Of a DNA stretch of 64,000 nucleotides, positions 18,408 to 28,706 are shown one piece after another. Numbering within the stretch: the first letter of the stretch is position 1; each line of letters starts with the position of its first letter. The notes below the pieces were generated by a model. It searched no databases, was not told the DNA's origin, and was given only the letters and a program-made list of their open reading frames with translations. Both the position numbers and the translations under genes were made by a program. The DNA is from a virus (taxonomy: Duplodnaviria; Caudoviricetes): IMG/VR virus record IMGVR_UViG_3300025121_000013; one strand, written 5' to 3'.

Positions 18408-19212
18408 CTTTTTTTCCCCTAAACTTAGTTATCATGACACATCTATAGCAATTAGGAATAAAACAAGAATGAAATTTTTTATTAAAATCTTTAAAACTTT
18501 CAAGAAAACTATTTTCCTTTATATCATTTTCTATATCATCAATCTCCCATAATCCAAAAGGACATTTAAAAATTATTCCTTTTTCATCAATTAAAAAACT
18601 ATACTTTCTTATTGGATTTCGACAATAACAACTAAATTGAGAATATGGCCCTTCAAGGAAGAAAAATGATCTTCCGATGGGAACAATTGAGTTTGAGCTT
18701 CCTTCTTCTTCAGTCGTAATTCTATAATTAAATTTATATTTTTTTAAAAGTTTCTCAGCTCTTTTAACATTTTTATTTGAATGCCACCTATCTTTAGAAA
18801 CGGCTATTCTTAAATTTGTTTTAAATTCTTGAAGTTTATCAATAATATCTTCTCCAAAATCTCCATTGGTAACTAAACGAACATTTGTGTTCATAGTGAT
18901 ATTTCTAATTATTTCTAACCAATTTGGATTACAAGAAAATTCACCACCCATTAAATTCACAGTTGATATTTCATATTTTTTCAAAAATTCAGAGATTTTT
19001 TCAGACATTAAAATTGACATGTGACTTTCTTTTTGAGGAGAACACTCATAACAACAATGTGAACATTCTTGAGTACATTTCAAAGTCATTCTAACCGTGG
19101 GTTGTAAAATTCTATAACATGTATCGAACCTTTCACATGTTTCACAATTACAAGAAAATGGGGTATTTGTTTTCTTACATTCTTCCTCAAAACAAAAGTC
19201 ACATGTTTTCAA
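18400..19212 (-). CDS. radical SAM protein with Cys-rich N-terminus and twitch/SPASM-like C-terminus
   Basis: CTQECSHC (CxxxCxxC), LMGGEF, LVTNG, IDEKGIIFKC. Confidence 0.85.
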   Translation of the reverse strand: MKTCDFCFEEECKKTNTPFSCNCETCERFDTCYRILQPTVRMTLKCTQECSHCCYECSPQKESHMSILMSEKISEFLKKYEISTVNLMGGEFSCNPNWLEIIRNITMNTNVRLVTNGDFGEDIIDKLQEFKTNLRIAVSKDRWHSNKNVKRAEKLLKKYKFNYRITTEEEGSSNSIVPIGRSFFFLEGPYSQFSCYCRNPIRKYSFLIDEKGIIFKCPFGLWEIDDIENDIKENSFLESFKDFNKKFHSCFIPNCYRCVMITKFRGKKDV

Positions 19213-19550
19213 ATTTTCGAATCCTTTTCAAACTTTTTCCTTAATCTTATATATTCTTTACGTTCGTATTCTTCCTTTAATTCTTTTTCCCTTTTACATC
19301 TCATTTTAATTATCTCTTCTTTCCTCATTCTCTCTTTAAATTCATCATCAGTTTCCAACCGTTGATATCTCAAGATAAGTCTACTATAATCCAACTCTGT
19401 TCTCGCATTTTCTCCAAAGTTTTTAATTAATTCATTTATTTTTATGATATTTTCTTTTAATGTATGTCCAATAAAATCATCTTGATCTAAATCTACAACT
19501 AAGGTGACAACTTCTTTTTCTGAAGAACATTTATTTTTATTTTTTCCCAT
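19209..19550 (-). CDS. phage paralog family protein (ETDxEF coiled-coil)
   Basis: RLETDDEFKER...EYIRLRKKFE. Confidence 0.65.
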   Translation of the reverse strand: MGKNKNKCSSEKEVVTLVVDLDQDDFIGHTLKENIIKINELIKNFGENARTELDYSRLILRYQRLETDDEFKERMRKEEIIKMRCKREKELKEEYERKEYIRLRKKFEKDSKI

Positions 19551-19881
19551 CTATGATCTCCTTATCGAACTCTTTTTTTAATTCCAAATATTTATTATAC
19601 CGGTTTTTCCTTTCACGTTCTTGCATTTTATTTCTATAGATTTTAATTGATTCCTCGTCTTTTTTCCTTGCCTCAAATTCTTCATCTGTCTCAATTCTTT
19701 TATAAGATAATTCTATTGAACGATCATGTCCAGTCATATTTACTACAGCAGATTCTCCATATTTTTCCGAAAGATCCTCTACAGTTTTTATAATATCTTT
19801 TAAAGAGATGTTAAAAACATCATCATCCAGATAAATTTCTTTATATAAAAGTTTCTTTTCTTTTCTCAAAACGTCATTCAA
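19537..19881 (-). CDS. phage paralog family protein (ETDxEF coiled-coil)
   Basis: RIETDEEFEAR...KYLELKKEFD. Confidence 0.65.
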   Translation of the reverse strand: MNDVLRKEKKLLYKEIYLDDDVFNISLKDIIKTVEDLSEKYGESAVVNMTGHDRSIELSYKRIETDEEFEARKKDEESIKIYRNKMQERERKNRYNKYLELKKEFDKEIIDGKK

Positions 19882-19944
19882 TTTTTAACTTCTCCTTTAG
19901 GATCTCTTTTTTCATTCTCCTTTGTTCCTTTCTTTTTTCAAATA

Positions 19945-21060
19945 CTATTCATAATCCCTTATCGCTATACCCGTAGCATGAACTGGAACTCCAGTTTCAG
20001 ATCTTCCAATAAATCTAACCGTTAAAGGCAATCCCTTTAAAGATTGAATATTTTGGAGCCATGATTTTCTTAATTCTCTTGAACCTTTTGGTCTAACACT
20101 AAAAGTTTCTGAAGGATTGACGTCTAATTGTACTATAAAAATAACACAACCTTTTTCGACACCAGTTCCCTCTTCTCCACCAACAATCATAAATTCAGAA
20201 TCTTCAAAAACTTTATATTTTTGCAAATCTTTATTTCTATAATCAAATGTGTATTGACCATTTATATTTCTTAAAATAATTCCCTCATACATTTCAGAAA
20301 TAAATTTATCATGTAATTTTAACATTTCATTTTCATTATTTATTTTTATAGTTGGAACTTGAATTAATTTTTTGAAATTTATTTTAGAAAATTTATTTGA
20401 AATATAATCTAATCTCTTCTCAAAATTCATTTTAGGAGCCAACTCAGCCATATCATAAATCCAATATTCAATCTCATTAGATGTTTCTCTTTGTTTCTTT
20501 ACGTTTCTTATAATTTCTTGAAAACTCCATGTATGTTTATATAATTCCCCATCTCCAAATATATCAGAACGTCCCTCTAAAAATTCACTTAATTCTTCAT
20601 CTAAATGTTGAACCGTATTATATAATTTTCCATTTCTTGAAATATATTTTACTTTTTGTTTATCAATTAAATTTGAGATACTTCGAACCCCATTCATTTT
20701 TGGTTGGGCATAACATGGATAAACAATATGTCGTTTACTATTTTTATAATCTTGAGCTAACATAGGAAGATATAAAATCGAACCTATTTCAGGAGGATTA
20801 TCTTCCTGATAGCCATGATCTTTTTTATTTGTCCAGGTTGATTGAGCCTCAGAAACCGCTTGCTCAAACGGAGTTGTTTCATTCGATTTTCCAATATTTT
20901 TTCCTTCTGTAATTTCTTTTGCTGTGGTTATAATTTTCTTTCCTTGATAACCATGTTTTGTAATAATGGTTGGAACTCCATTTTTTTCTTCTACAAATAT
21001 TTCCCATATTTTAACAAGATCTTTTGACGATCTACCATAAAGAATAGGAAAAGAAATCAT
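19945..21060 (-). CDS. lig: ATP-dependent DNA ligase with N-terminal WGR-like domain
   Basis: PMLAQ, QPKMNGVR (KxNG), DGELY, YEGIILR, LQKYK, OB-fold tail. Confidence 0.9.
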   Translation of the reverse strand: MISFPILYGRSSKDLVKIWEIFVEEKNGVPTIITKHGYQGKKIITTAKEITEGKNIGKSNETTPFEQAVSEAQSTWTNKKDHGYQEDNPPEIGSILYLPMLAQDYKNSKRHIVYPCYAQPKMNGVRSISNLIDKQKVKYISRNGKLYNTVQHLDEELSEFLEGRSDIFGDGELYKHTWSFQEIIRNVKKQRETSNEIEYWIYDMAELAPKMNFEKRLDYISNKFSKINFKKLIQVPTIKINNENEMLKLHDKFISEMYEGIILRNINGQYTFDYRNKDLQKYKVFEDSEFMIVGGEEGTGVEKGCVIFIVQLDVNPSETFSVRPKGSRELRKSWLQNIQSLKGLPLTVRFIGRSETGVPVHATGIAIRDYE

Positions 21061-21148
21061 ATGTATTCCGCCTTAGGTTTTGATTTTATAGGTGAAGTTA
21101 AAAGAAGTTTTTTAAAAGATTCTGATAAAAATTTTATACAATTAAATT

Positions 21149-21556
21149 CTAACATAGAGCCCATGTTATAAGAATTTCATCATCTTCAAATAATGTTGTC
21201 CAACTGGAAACTGGTTTCCATTGATCTATTTTTTTAAAAGATTTTAAAATAACAATTTTAAATCCATAAGTTATTAAAAATAATCTAGTATATCTTATTA
21301 AATCCTTATAAATTTTAAAATCAAATTCAATTTCAAAAGAACATTTTGAACAAATTCCATCAAAAAATTCAATATGACTATGTTCTTTATCTACATTAAC
21401 ATTAATGTTATTTTTACAAAAACAACACTTTATAATACAATCTTCAATAACATTTAATTCAATAAAAGTTTTTATATCAAAATCATTTAAAAAATTTATA
21501 CAAGGTTCGGAACAAAATTTTTGTAAAATGCAATTATTGCAAGGAAACAACATCAA
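21149..21556 (-). CDS. Cys-rich hypothetical protein (similar to 63546-63953)
   Basis: PCNNCILQKFCSEPC, CCFC, CSKC. Confidence 0.55.
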   Translation of the reverse strand: MMLFPCNNCILQKFCSEPCINFLNDFDIKTFIELNVIEDCIIKCCFCKNNINVNVDKEHSHIEFFDGICSKCSFEIEFDFKIYKDLIRYTRLFLITYGFKIVILKSFKKIDQWKPVSSWTTLFEDDEILITWALC

Positions 21557-22398
21557 ACCTGAAGAAAATATTTTTCATCAAATCCTCCTTGAATTCCTTT
21601 CCAAGAACTTGCAACTGCCTCTGATGTATGGATTGATTCCTCATGAGAACATTTTATGATCCAATCCTCTATCCCATCTATCGAATCGATTTTTTGAGAA
21701 ATAACTCGAATTGCATCTTCAACAAAAATGGGATTTTCTGCTGCGATTCTAGCGATCTCTTGCTCATCTATTCTTTTGATTATAGGGTATGGCTGAGTTC
21801 GTATCGAGTTTTCGACAGTAAATATTAGATCCTCTAACCATATATAATTATTCTCTTTTATTTTTGCTATGATTGATGAGAAAGATCTCTGTGCATGAGG
21901 AAAACCTTCTAAGCCATTATTTTTTAAATCTTTACATAATTCAGCAGAACATGGACAATATGAAGAATATTGAACTGTTACGCCCTGATAAAATGAAAAT
22001 TTATCATCTAATAGATGCCCTTCAAACATACTTTTATAATATAAAGGAAATTCATTGTTTGAAATTGGAGATTTTTTAATAATAGGAAGTTTAAACTTAA
22101 ATGTTAACATACTATTTTTTGTTTCAAGATTTTTTGCAATATCTTTTAAAATTTCAAGAATTAAAAAATGTTTTAACGGTTTTCCTAAAAATGGTTTTAG
22201 GGTTAATAAAAGTCTTGACATGGAAATGCCTTTAATATCTTCTTTTAAATTTGTTTTTAAAGAAACTGAAGCTAAGACATCCGTATAACCACCTGATTTT
22301 AATTGAAGAATAAACGGAAGCTCAATATTTTCAACCCCAACCTGATTAATATATCTTTTAATCTCTGGCTCTGTTTTTTGAATGTCCGGCAGTGTCAT
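21553..22398 (-). CDS. folE2: GTP cyclohydrolase IB (FolE2)
   Basis: LPDIQ, INQVGV, KGISMSR, SYCPCS, PHAQRS, ENPIFVEDAIR, HEESIH. Confidence 0.93.
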   Translation of the reverse strand: MTLPDIQKTEPEIKRYINQVGVENIELPFILQLKSGGYTDVLASVSLKTNLKEDIKGISMSRLLLTLKPFLGKPLKHFLILEILKDIAKNLETKNSMLTFKFKLPIIKKSPISNNEFPLYYKSMFEGHLLDDKFSFYQGVTVQYSSYCPCSAELCKDLKNNGLEGFPHAQRSFSSIIAKIKENNYIWLEDLIFTVENSIRTQPYPIIKRIDEQEIARIAAENPIFVEDAIRVISQKIDSIDGIEDWIIKCSHEESIHTSEAVASSWKGIQGGFDEKYFLQV

Positions 22399-22503
22399 AT
22401 TTATACGCTCCTGATTTCATTGAGGAAGTTCTTCGTTAAACAATCATTTACCTTAAAACATAACAACTTTATTTGTACTTCTTACAATTTTATTACCTTT
22501 TTA

Positions 22504-22538
22504 GTGGGATGGGAGAAATGCCAAATCTCCCATCCCAC
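22504..22538. terminator. 13-bp inverted repeat directly after the RNAP beta gene
   Basis: GTGGGATGGGAGA-9 nt-TCTCCCATCCCAC; no U tract on the coding strand. Confidence 0.65.
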
Positions 22539-22544
22539 ATTATC

Positions 22545-25541
22545 TCACGGCTCTATTCCGATTGCCTTTAAATATGAATATAAGAGATTTACAGATTCAG
22601 GGGAAATATTTATTTCTTCATCAAACATCGTCATTCCAGTATTTCTAATACTATTTTTAATATGTTGATTTTTTAAATCTATACAATCAGATTTTGTGGT
22701 AAACATCTCAAAAAGATTTGTGCTCGCTTCGTACCCAATCAAACTAGCGGACTCCATTTCACCACATCTTTGTCCGCCTTTATTCTTTCTTCCACCTAAC
22801 GGTTGAAGAGTTTTCTTTGTATATGAGCCGATTCCTCTGGCGGCGAGCTTATCTTCAGCAATATGTGCAATTCTAAAAAAAGTTAAAAACCCTACTGCAA
22901 CCTCATTTAAAATATCCATCTTAGAAATTGGATCAAAAACCTTATACTTAAAATTCTCATTTGTATATTTTAAAGCGTCTTCAATTCCCTTCATATCTGT
23001 TGACTCAAAAGGTGGCTGATGAACTGAAAAATTCTCTAAAAATTCTTTTTCAATATTTTCTGGAAAATTTTCAATAAATTGTTTTGTATACCAATTGCCT
23101 TCTGTTCTATCAATTATTTTAATAAACTCAATTAAAAATTCCTTTATTTTTTCCTGAGGTTCTGAATTTTTTAACATCTCTAAAGATTTCATTTTAAGGG
23201 TATTAACTGCCATCCCCAAATGAAGTTCAAATAATTGTCCAATATTCATTCTGGAAATTATTCCAAGAGGATTTATACAGATATCTAAATGTCTTCCATC
23301 TTCCAAAACAGGCATTTTTTCTTCAGGAATTATTGCTGAGATAACCCCTTTATTTCCATGTCTGTTAGCTATCTTATCTCCAACCTGGATTTTTCTAAAA
23401 AATATTCCTGACATTTCAACAAGTATACCGCTTATTCTTTCTCCCTTAATTTTATATCTTCCAGCCTGAGAAAATTTATTTAGAAAATTATCTCTAATAA
23501 TATCTTCAATATCTCTTTTTTCAAAATGATCTTTTAGAGATTCTCTAAAAATATCTTCATTTCGTATCTGTTCATTTTTAACGGTTTCAACCCATCTTGA
23601 ATATTCTGGAATTTCTTTGTTCCAATCATTTATATATAAATTGAGGTCTGTGATTATAACATTTTTATCTGTAGTTTGTTCTTCCACTTCTTCAAAAACA
23701 CTAGTAAATTCAGTTCCAGATAAAATACTTTTAGTTTTGGCATATGCTTGCCCTTTATAAATTCTTTCAAATTTTTCTGGAAGAGGTTTATATGAATTTT
23801 TTTCTAAAGATAAAAGAACTTTATTTGATGGAATATTAAAAGATAAATCTTTAAAATGAACTGAGGTAAATGAATCATCTTTTATCAATCGATCTGAAAT
23901 TACAATGCCGTCTTCATAATTATATCCATAATAAACCATAACTCCGGTCAGAAGATTTTTTCCAAAATTTATTTCACCATTTCTACAAAATAAACTCTCC
24001 GCTAAAATATCTCCTTTATTAAATGTATCTCCAACTTTCACATAAACTTTATAAATGTCTAAATTTTTTACATATATTTCTCTATGGCCAACCTCAAAAA
24101 AGTCAGGCGTTTCATCCTCATATTTTACAATTAAAATCTTTTGATCCAAATAAATTACAGTTCCTTTATTTTTTGCAGTTTTTACAAATTGAGTTTTATC
24201 GGTATATAATCCTTCACAACCTGTTTTGATTAATTGTGAATCATTATTTTTTAAAAGAATTGTTTGTCTCATTTGTGATGATGCCATTTGCAATCTCGTC
24301 TGGTCATCTCTTTCAAGAAATGGGACAAATGATACTGGGATAGAAATTGGTTGATTGCTTCTCTCTTCTGAAAATCTTAAATTATTATCTAATTTTGTAT
24401 TTATTAGAAGATTTTGTAAAACTCCACAATTTTCTCTATCTGGGGTATCAACAGGACAGATTCGATTATACATAGAGTCATTTATATCTCTCAACCCCCT
24501 TGGAACATTTTCTCTCTTAAAACCACCAGGCCCAACTAAACTGGTTCTTGATAAACTGGTTAATTCTTCAATTGGATTTATCGCAAAATCAAATTGAACA
24601 ATATCTGAAACATTACATTCAGAAATTATATGGCTAGTATTAATATTGAAATTTGGATTTCGTGTTGTTCTATTTGTAACGCATAAATCAAAAACGGCTT
24701 TAGCAACCTTTTCTAAAACAACATATTCAAAACATCTTATTCTTTTATTTCTTAAATCTAAATCATTATAAAATCCATTAATTAAAGGATAAAGAATTTC
24801 ATCTAAAACATTTTCAGTTCTGAAGAATTGGGAAGACATAATATCAACTTTTGGAATTATATCAAGAGCATATATAACATCATAACCTTTTGATTTAATA
24901 TTATATTTTGTGTAATGCCGCCCTAACATTTCCATCAAAAATTCTTCTTCAATTCCTTCATTTTCAACCTGAAATTCCTCAATATCTTTTAATAAATTTT
25001 CTGAAAAAACATTATGCTCTTTCATACCTAAAAGTTTTTGTTTTCTTTCTTCCAACTCTTTTTCAGAAAAATAGCATGCCATCAATAAAACTAAAGGGAC
25101 TTTTTTACCCAAAAAAGATGCTTTTATAAAAGGCTCTGTTTTTTCATTTATTAACATTAATGTAGAAACACAAGTTCTTAATTTAATAATTTTTCCTCTT
25201 GTCACAACAGGTAAATCGAACATTTGAAATAAAGGCATTTTCTTTCGACCGTTAATATAAAAATAATTATTATCAATTAATTTTGGAACAGACATACTTA
25301 AATCAATCGTTGAATTTCTTTTCTTCAATTTGATAATCAAATTTCGTCTCAATGTTCTATGAAGTTCACCAGAAGTAAATTTATGATCATAAAAATCCAA
25401 TTCTTCGACAATAAAATCAAGATCTCTAGCAGGTTGTAAAATTATATTAACCTTGCTAAGTATTTCATCATATTCATTTTTTCTGATTGAAAACATATTA
25501 TTTACAGGATCGTCAATCTCATAAAAAGGATTTCGAATCAT
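22545..25541 (-). CDS. rpoB: phage multisubunit RNA polymerase, beta-like subunit (set 1)
   Basis: CPVDTPDRENCG, PFLERDDQTRLQMASSQMRQ, GYNYEDG, GDKIANRHGNKG, GGQRCGEME; ATG at 25541 follows GGAGG. Confidence 0.93.
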   Translation of the reverse strand: MIRNPFYEIDDPVNNMFSIRKNEYDEILSKVNIILQPARDLDFIVEELDFYDHKFTSGELHRTLRRNLIIKLKKRNSTIDLSMSVPKLIDNNYFYINGRKKMPLFQMFDLPVVTRGKIIKLRTCVSTLMLINEKTEPFIKASFLGKKVPLVLLMACYFSEKELEERKQKLLGMKEHNVFSENLLKDIEEFQVENEGIEEEFLMEMLGRHYTKYNIKSKGYDVIYALDIIPKVDIMSSQFFRTENVLDEILYPLINGFYNDLDLRNKRIRCFEYVVLEKVAKAVFDLCVTNRTTRNPNFNINTSHIISECNVSDIVQFDFAINPIEELTSLSRTSLVGPGGFKRENVPRGLRDINDSMYNRICPVDTPDRENCGVLQNLLINTKLDNNLRFSEERSNQPISIPVSFVPFLERDDQTRLQMASSQMRQTILLKNNDSQLIKTGCEGLYTDKTQFVKTAKNKGTVIYLDQKILIVKYEDETPDFFEVGHREIYVKNLDIYKVYVKVGDTFNKGDILAESLFCRNGEINFGKNLLTGVMVYYGYNYEDGIVISDRLIKDDSFTSVHFKDLSFNIPSNKVLLSLEKNSYKPLPEKFERIYKGQAYAKTKSILSGTEFTSVFEEVEEQTTDKNVIITDLNLYINDWNKEIPEYSRWVETVKNEQIRNEDIFRESLKDHFEKRDIEDIIRDNFLNKFSQAGRYKIKGERISGILVEMSGIFFRKIQVGDKIANRHGNKGVISAIIPEEKMPVLEDGRHLDICINPLGIISRMNIGQLFELHLGMAVNTLKMKSLEMLKNSEPQEKIKEFLIEFIKIIDRTEGNWYTKQFIENFPENIEKEFLENFSVHQPPFESTDMKGIEDALKYTNENFKYKVFDPISKMDILNEVAVGFLTFFRIAHIAEDKLAARGIGSYTKKTLQPLGGRKNKGGQRCGEMESASLIGYEASTNLFEMFTTKSDCIDLKNQHIKNSIRNTGMTMFDEEINISPESVNLLYSYLKAIGIEP

Positions 25542-25560
25542 TGAATCCTCCATGAAAAAA

Positions 25561-28287
25561 TTAAACTTTTTCCCCTTTTAATATTCGGTCCATAATTCCA
25601 GTATATAAACCTTTATATACCATTCCATTTAATATGCTCTTTTTTGGATTAGAAAAAGCTAAAGCTAAAAGCCAACTTTCATAACTGGGAACCGATTGGA
25701 CACTTTTCATTTCTAAAGATTTTTTATCACGATCTTTGGTTAATCTCCATTTTTTCATTCCATGCCACATTAACTGAGAAATCACACATTCAAAATGAAC
25801 ATGATGTATTTTTCCAGAAGAGGAATATACTTTAAATAAATTATTTAAAGAATTCATAAAATTATTATCTTTAAATCTATGTAATAAATCAGAAGCGGTT
25901 TCTAAATCCCCAATAATATCCATCTGTTTCATCTCATCAATTTTTTCTTCAGATTTTTCATTAATTATAGCAGACCCAGAAGTATGGAAAGTTCTTAAAA
26001 CTAATTGAGTTCCTCTTTCACCAAGACACTGAGCCGCAACTACGCCAATAAATTTACTATTGATAATTTTGTATAAATCTCCATAACAAGTTTTACAAAT
26101 ATTTTCAGATTCACAATAAATAGGACTTCGTAGTTTTAAAGTTTTTCCAACTAAACTTTTAAAATTTAACATTGTAATTTTTTTCAATTCATTATTCTCT
26201 ATATAATTTCTGCCTATTAAAGATTTACTTTTATCTGCATTTTCAATAAAAAGTTCTATACAATCTTTAGTTCCACAATCTTCTAAATTTAAATCAAGTT
26301 GAAGATTACAACAGGTAAAAATCAACTTTCTTGAAAGATAGCCTGAGATTCCAGTATTTAATGCAACGTCTAATAAACCTTTTCGACATCCATATGTGGA
26401 TATAAAAAATTCTCTTTTGGTTAACCCATTCATTAAACTATTTTTAATTGGTTCAGGTAAAATTTGTCCTTCAAAATTTGAGATAAACCCTCTTGATAAA
26501 ACAATTTGTCTAACTTGGTCCCAAGTTCCTCTGGCTCCAGATTCAACCATATAAGAATATTTAAATATTTTCTTTAAAGTTTCTATAGTTTCATTTGAAG
26601 ATATATCTTCGATTTGTTTTCTTATATTTTCTCCTGAAAATATTTTATCTACATATTCCTTAGAATCTTTTGATGTACAATCAATTAAAGACATAGTGGT
26701 TCCGAAAATTGTTGAATATTTAAATCCCAATAATTTGATCTTATCTAAAACTATGGCTAATATTTCTTTAGAATAATTTTGTGAAATATCACTTAAGATT
26801 TTTAATAATTCATTTTTGCCTACAGAGTAATTTATTATAGGATAGTCTTCTGGAAAACACTCATTGAATAATTTTCTTCCTTCTGTGATTTTAATATTTT
26901 TAAAAATAGTTTCTTTTGTTAAATCAGGAAATTTATCATTTGTTAACATATAAATTCCCAAAATTATATCTTGATTTGGCATAGTCGCTAATTGTCCATT
27001 TGATGGACTGTTTAAATTATTTGTTATCAATAACTTATCAAGAACTTCATCTTTTGCCTCTTGAGATATTGGTAAATATACCGCCATCTGATCCCCATCA
27101 AAATCAGCATTAAATGGCTCACATGCTAAAGGGTGAATTTTTATAACATTATCTGAGGATATTTTAATTTTGAAACCAAGCATTCCTAATCTATGAAGCG
27201 TGGGTTGCCTATTTAAAATACAAACTTCACCCTTTACAATTTCTTCAGCTTCTTTATATAAATCCAAACTTTTAAGATCAATGCATCTATCAACAAAATC
27301 TATTGCCTCGTTGAGAATTTTAAAACTTTCATTATTCACTAATTTTTGTGCAATTTGAATTTTAAATAATTCTAAAATCATAACATAGGGTAAAACACAT
27401 TCGTCAATATTAATAGTTGGAGATGGGACTATTACGGCTCTCCCTGAAAAATCAATTCTTTTTCCTAAAATATTTCCTCTTATCAATCCTTCTTTTTTAG
27501 AAAGTTTTTCCAATATAAAAACATAAAGTTGATTTACAGTTTTTTGAATTTCTTTAAAATACATATAATATATCTTTTTATTTTTTTGAACTTCGACCAA
27601 AGTGTTTTCAATGATCTTTTTATTTGTTAAAAGTTGAACATAAAATCTATTTATTGGATCTGCGACAGGAACATTTTTTACCGTAGTTTTTGATGGGGGT
27701 CTTAAATCTGGAGGTAAAACAATTACTTCGTTTATTAAAATATTATTTAAATTTTCTTTTATTATATTCCAATAACTTAATTCTGGATTTTCTTCATCCT
27801 TTAAAATCTCTTTTGTAATTTGTGTAATAAATTCTTTTATTGCCTCAGTTTTTTCAAAAAATATTTTTTCTTTAGGGATGCTTTCAATATCTGTGGTTAT
27901 AACAAATTCTCCATTATCATCTTTATATAAAATACTTTTATCATTTTTCATTAACATAGAAATCATTTCTTTAACTTTCTTTCCGCCAACAAAACTTAAT
28001 AGTTCAAAAAACATTGGATTTACAATTGGAAAAGGCAAAACAATTTTTCCAAATCTTCTTCTTCTTACATTACTATTAACTATGTCAACATTACAAATAT
28101 TACATTTTCCTCCGGATTTTGAAACGCCCCTATAAATTTTACATTGACATGTATAATTTCTTATTGGTCCAAAAAGTTGTTCTGAAAAAAGGCCATTTGG
28201 ATGAAATTTTTTCTTATCAATAATCTCAAATGTAGTTACCTCTGGAAGATTTTCACAAAACTTAGAAATATCTAAGAGTTTGGGCAT
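25561..28287 (-). CDS. rpoC: phage multisubunit RNA polymerase, beta'-like subunit (set 1)
   Basis: N-terminal Zn ribbon, VLPPDLRP, LGKRIDFSGRAV, LNRQPTLH, NADFDGDQM active site, GYLSRKL, QLVLRTFH. Confidence 0.95.
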   Translation of the reverse strand: MPKLLDISKFCENLPEVTTFEIIDKKKFHPNGLFSEQLFGPIRNYTCQCKIYRGVSKSGGKCNICNVDIVNSNVRRRRFGKIVLPFPIVNPMFFELLSFVGGKKVKEMISMLMKNDKSILYKDDNGEFVITTDIESIPKEKIFFEKTEAIKEFITQITKEILKDEENPELSYWNIIKENLNNILINEVIVLPPDLRPPSKTTVKNVPVADPINRFYVQLLTNKKIIENTLVEVQKNKKIYYMYFKEIQKTVNQLYVFILEKLSKKEGLIRGNILGKRIDFSGRAVIVPSPTINIDECVLPYVMILELFKIQIAQKLVNNESFKILNEAIDFVDRCIDLKSLDLYKEAEEIVKGEVCILNRQPTLHRLGMLGFKIKISSDNVIKIHPLACEPFNADFDGDQMAVYLPISQEAKDEVLDKLLITNNLNSPSNGQLATMPNQDIILGIYMLTNDKFPDLTKETIFKNIKITEGRKLFNECFPEDYPIINYSVGKNELLKILSDISQNYSKEILAIVLDKIKLLGFKYSTIFGTTMSLIDCTSKDSKEYVDKIFSGENIRKQIEDISSNETIETLKKIFKYSYMVESGARGTWDQVRQIVLSRGFISNFEGQILPEPIKNSLMNGLTKREFFISTYGCRKGLLDVALNTGISGYLSRKLIFTCCNLQLDLNLEDCGTKDCIELFIENADKSKSLIGRNYIENNELKKITMLNFKSLVGKTLKLRSPIYCESENICKTCYGDLYKIINSKFIGVVAAQCLGERGTQLVLRTFHTSGSAIINEKSEEKIDEMKQMDIIGDLETASDLLHRFKDNNFMNSLNNLFKVYSSSGKIHHVHFECVISQLMWHGMKKWRLTKDRDKKSLEMKSVQSVPSYESWLLALAFSNPKKSILNGMVYKGLYTGIMDRILKGEKV

Positions 28288-28706
28288 TGATCCTCCACAA
28301 TATATATTTTTGGTTTGTGTGTTACCTTTTCATATTTAAGATAAATAGCTTTATCTATAAAATAACTATTATCCAAATTATGTATTGAAATAAACCGATT
28401 CTCTATTATGTTTAAAAATTTTTCGTTAAAATGTTTTCCAATAAAAGGCTTAGGTAAACATAATAAACCAGAATATAAATCAGCGTTCGGATGAACACCA
28501 CATAAAATAATTGATAGAATTCTTTGATCTATCACCCTAACATAATAACCATTAATAATATATGGCAAATCTATTTCTAATATTTTAAAATATTCATTAT
28601 TCAAAATAAAATAAGAAGGAATAATTTTTTTATTTATCTTCTCAATTTTTATTTTAGAATCTTTGTTTATAACTATCGCTCCATTTTGAAGGATGATATC
28701 ATTCAT
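28272..28706 (-). CDS. putative E2/UBC-like protein
   Basis: VHPNADLYSGLLCLP matches the E2 signature HPN-x(3-5)-G-x-(I/L)-C-L; next to E1 and Ubl genes. Confidence 0.55.
   Translation of the reverse strand: MNDIILQNGAIVINKDSKIKIEKINKKIIPSYFILNNEYFKILEIDLPYIINGYYVRVIDQRILSIILCGVHPNADLYSGLLCLPKPFIGKHFNEKFLNIIENRFISIHNLDNSYFIDKAIYLKYEKVTHKPKIYIVEDQCPNS

Noticed and set aside
22545-28287. Cellular (bacterial or archaeal) rpoBC operon
   Set aside because: Reversed gene order, shortened subunits, a second divergent set in the same window, and no ribosomal-protein or alpha-subunit neighbours point to a phage origin
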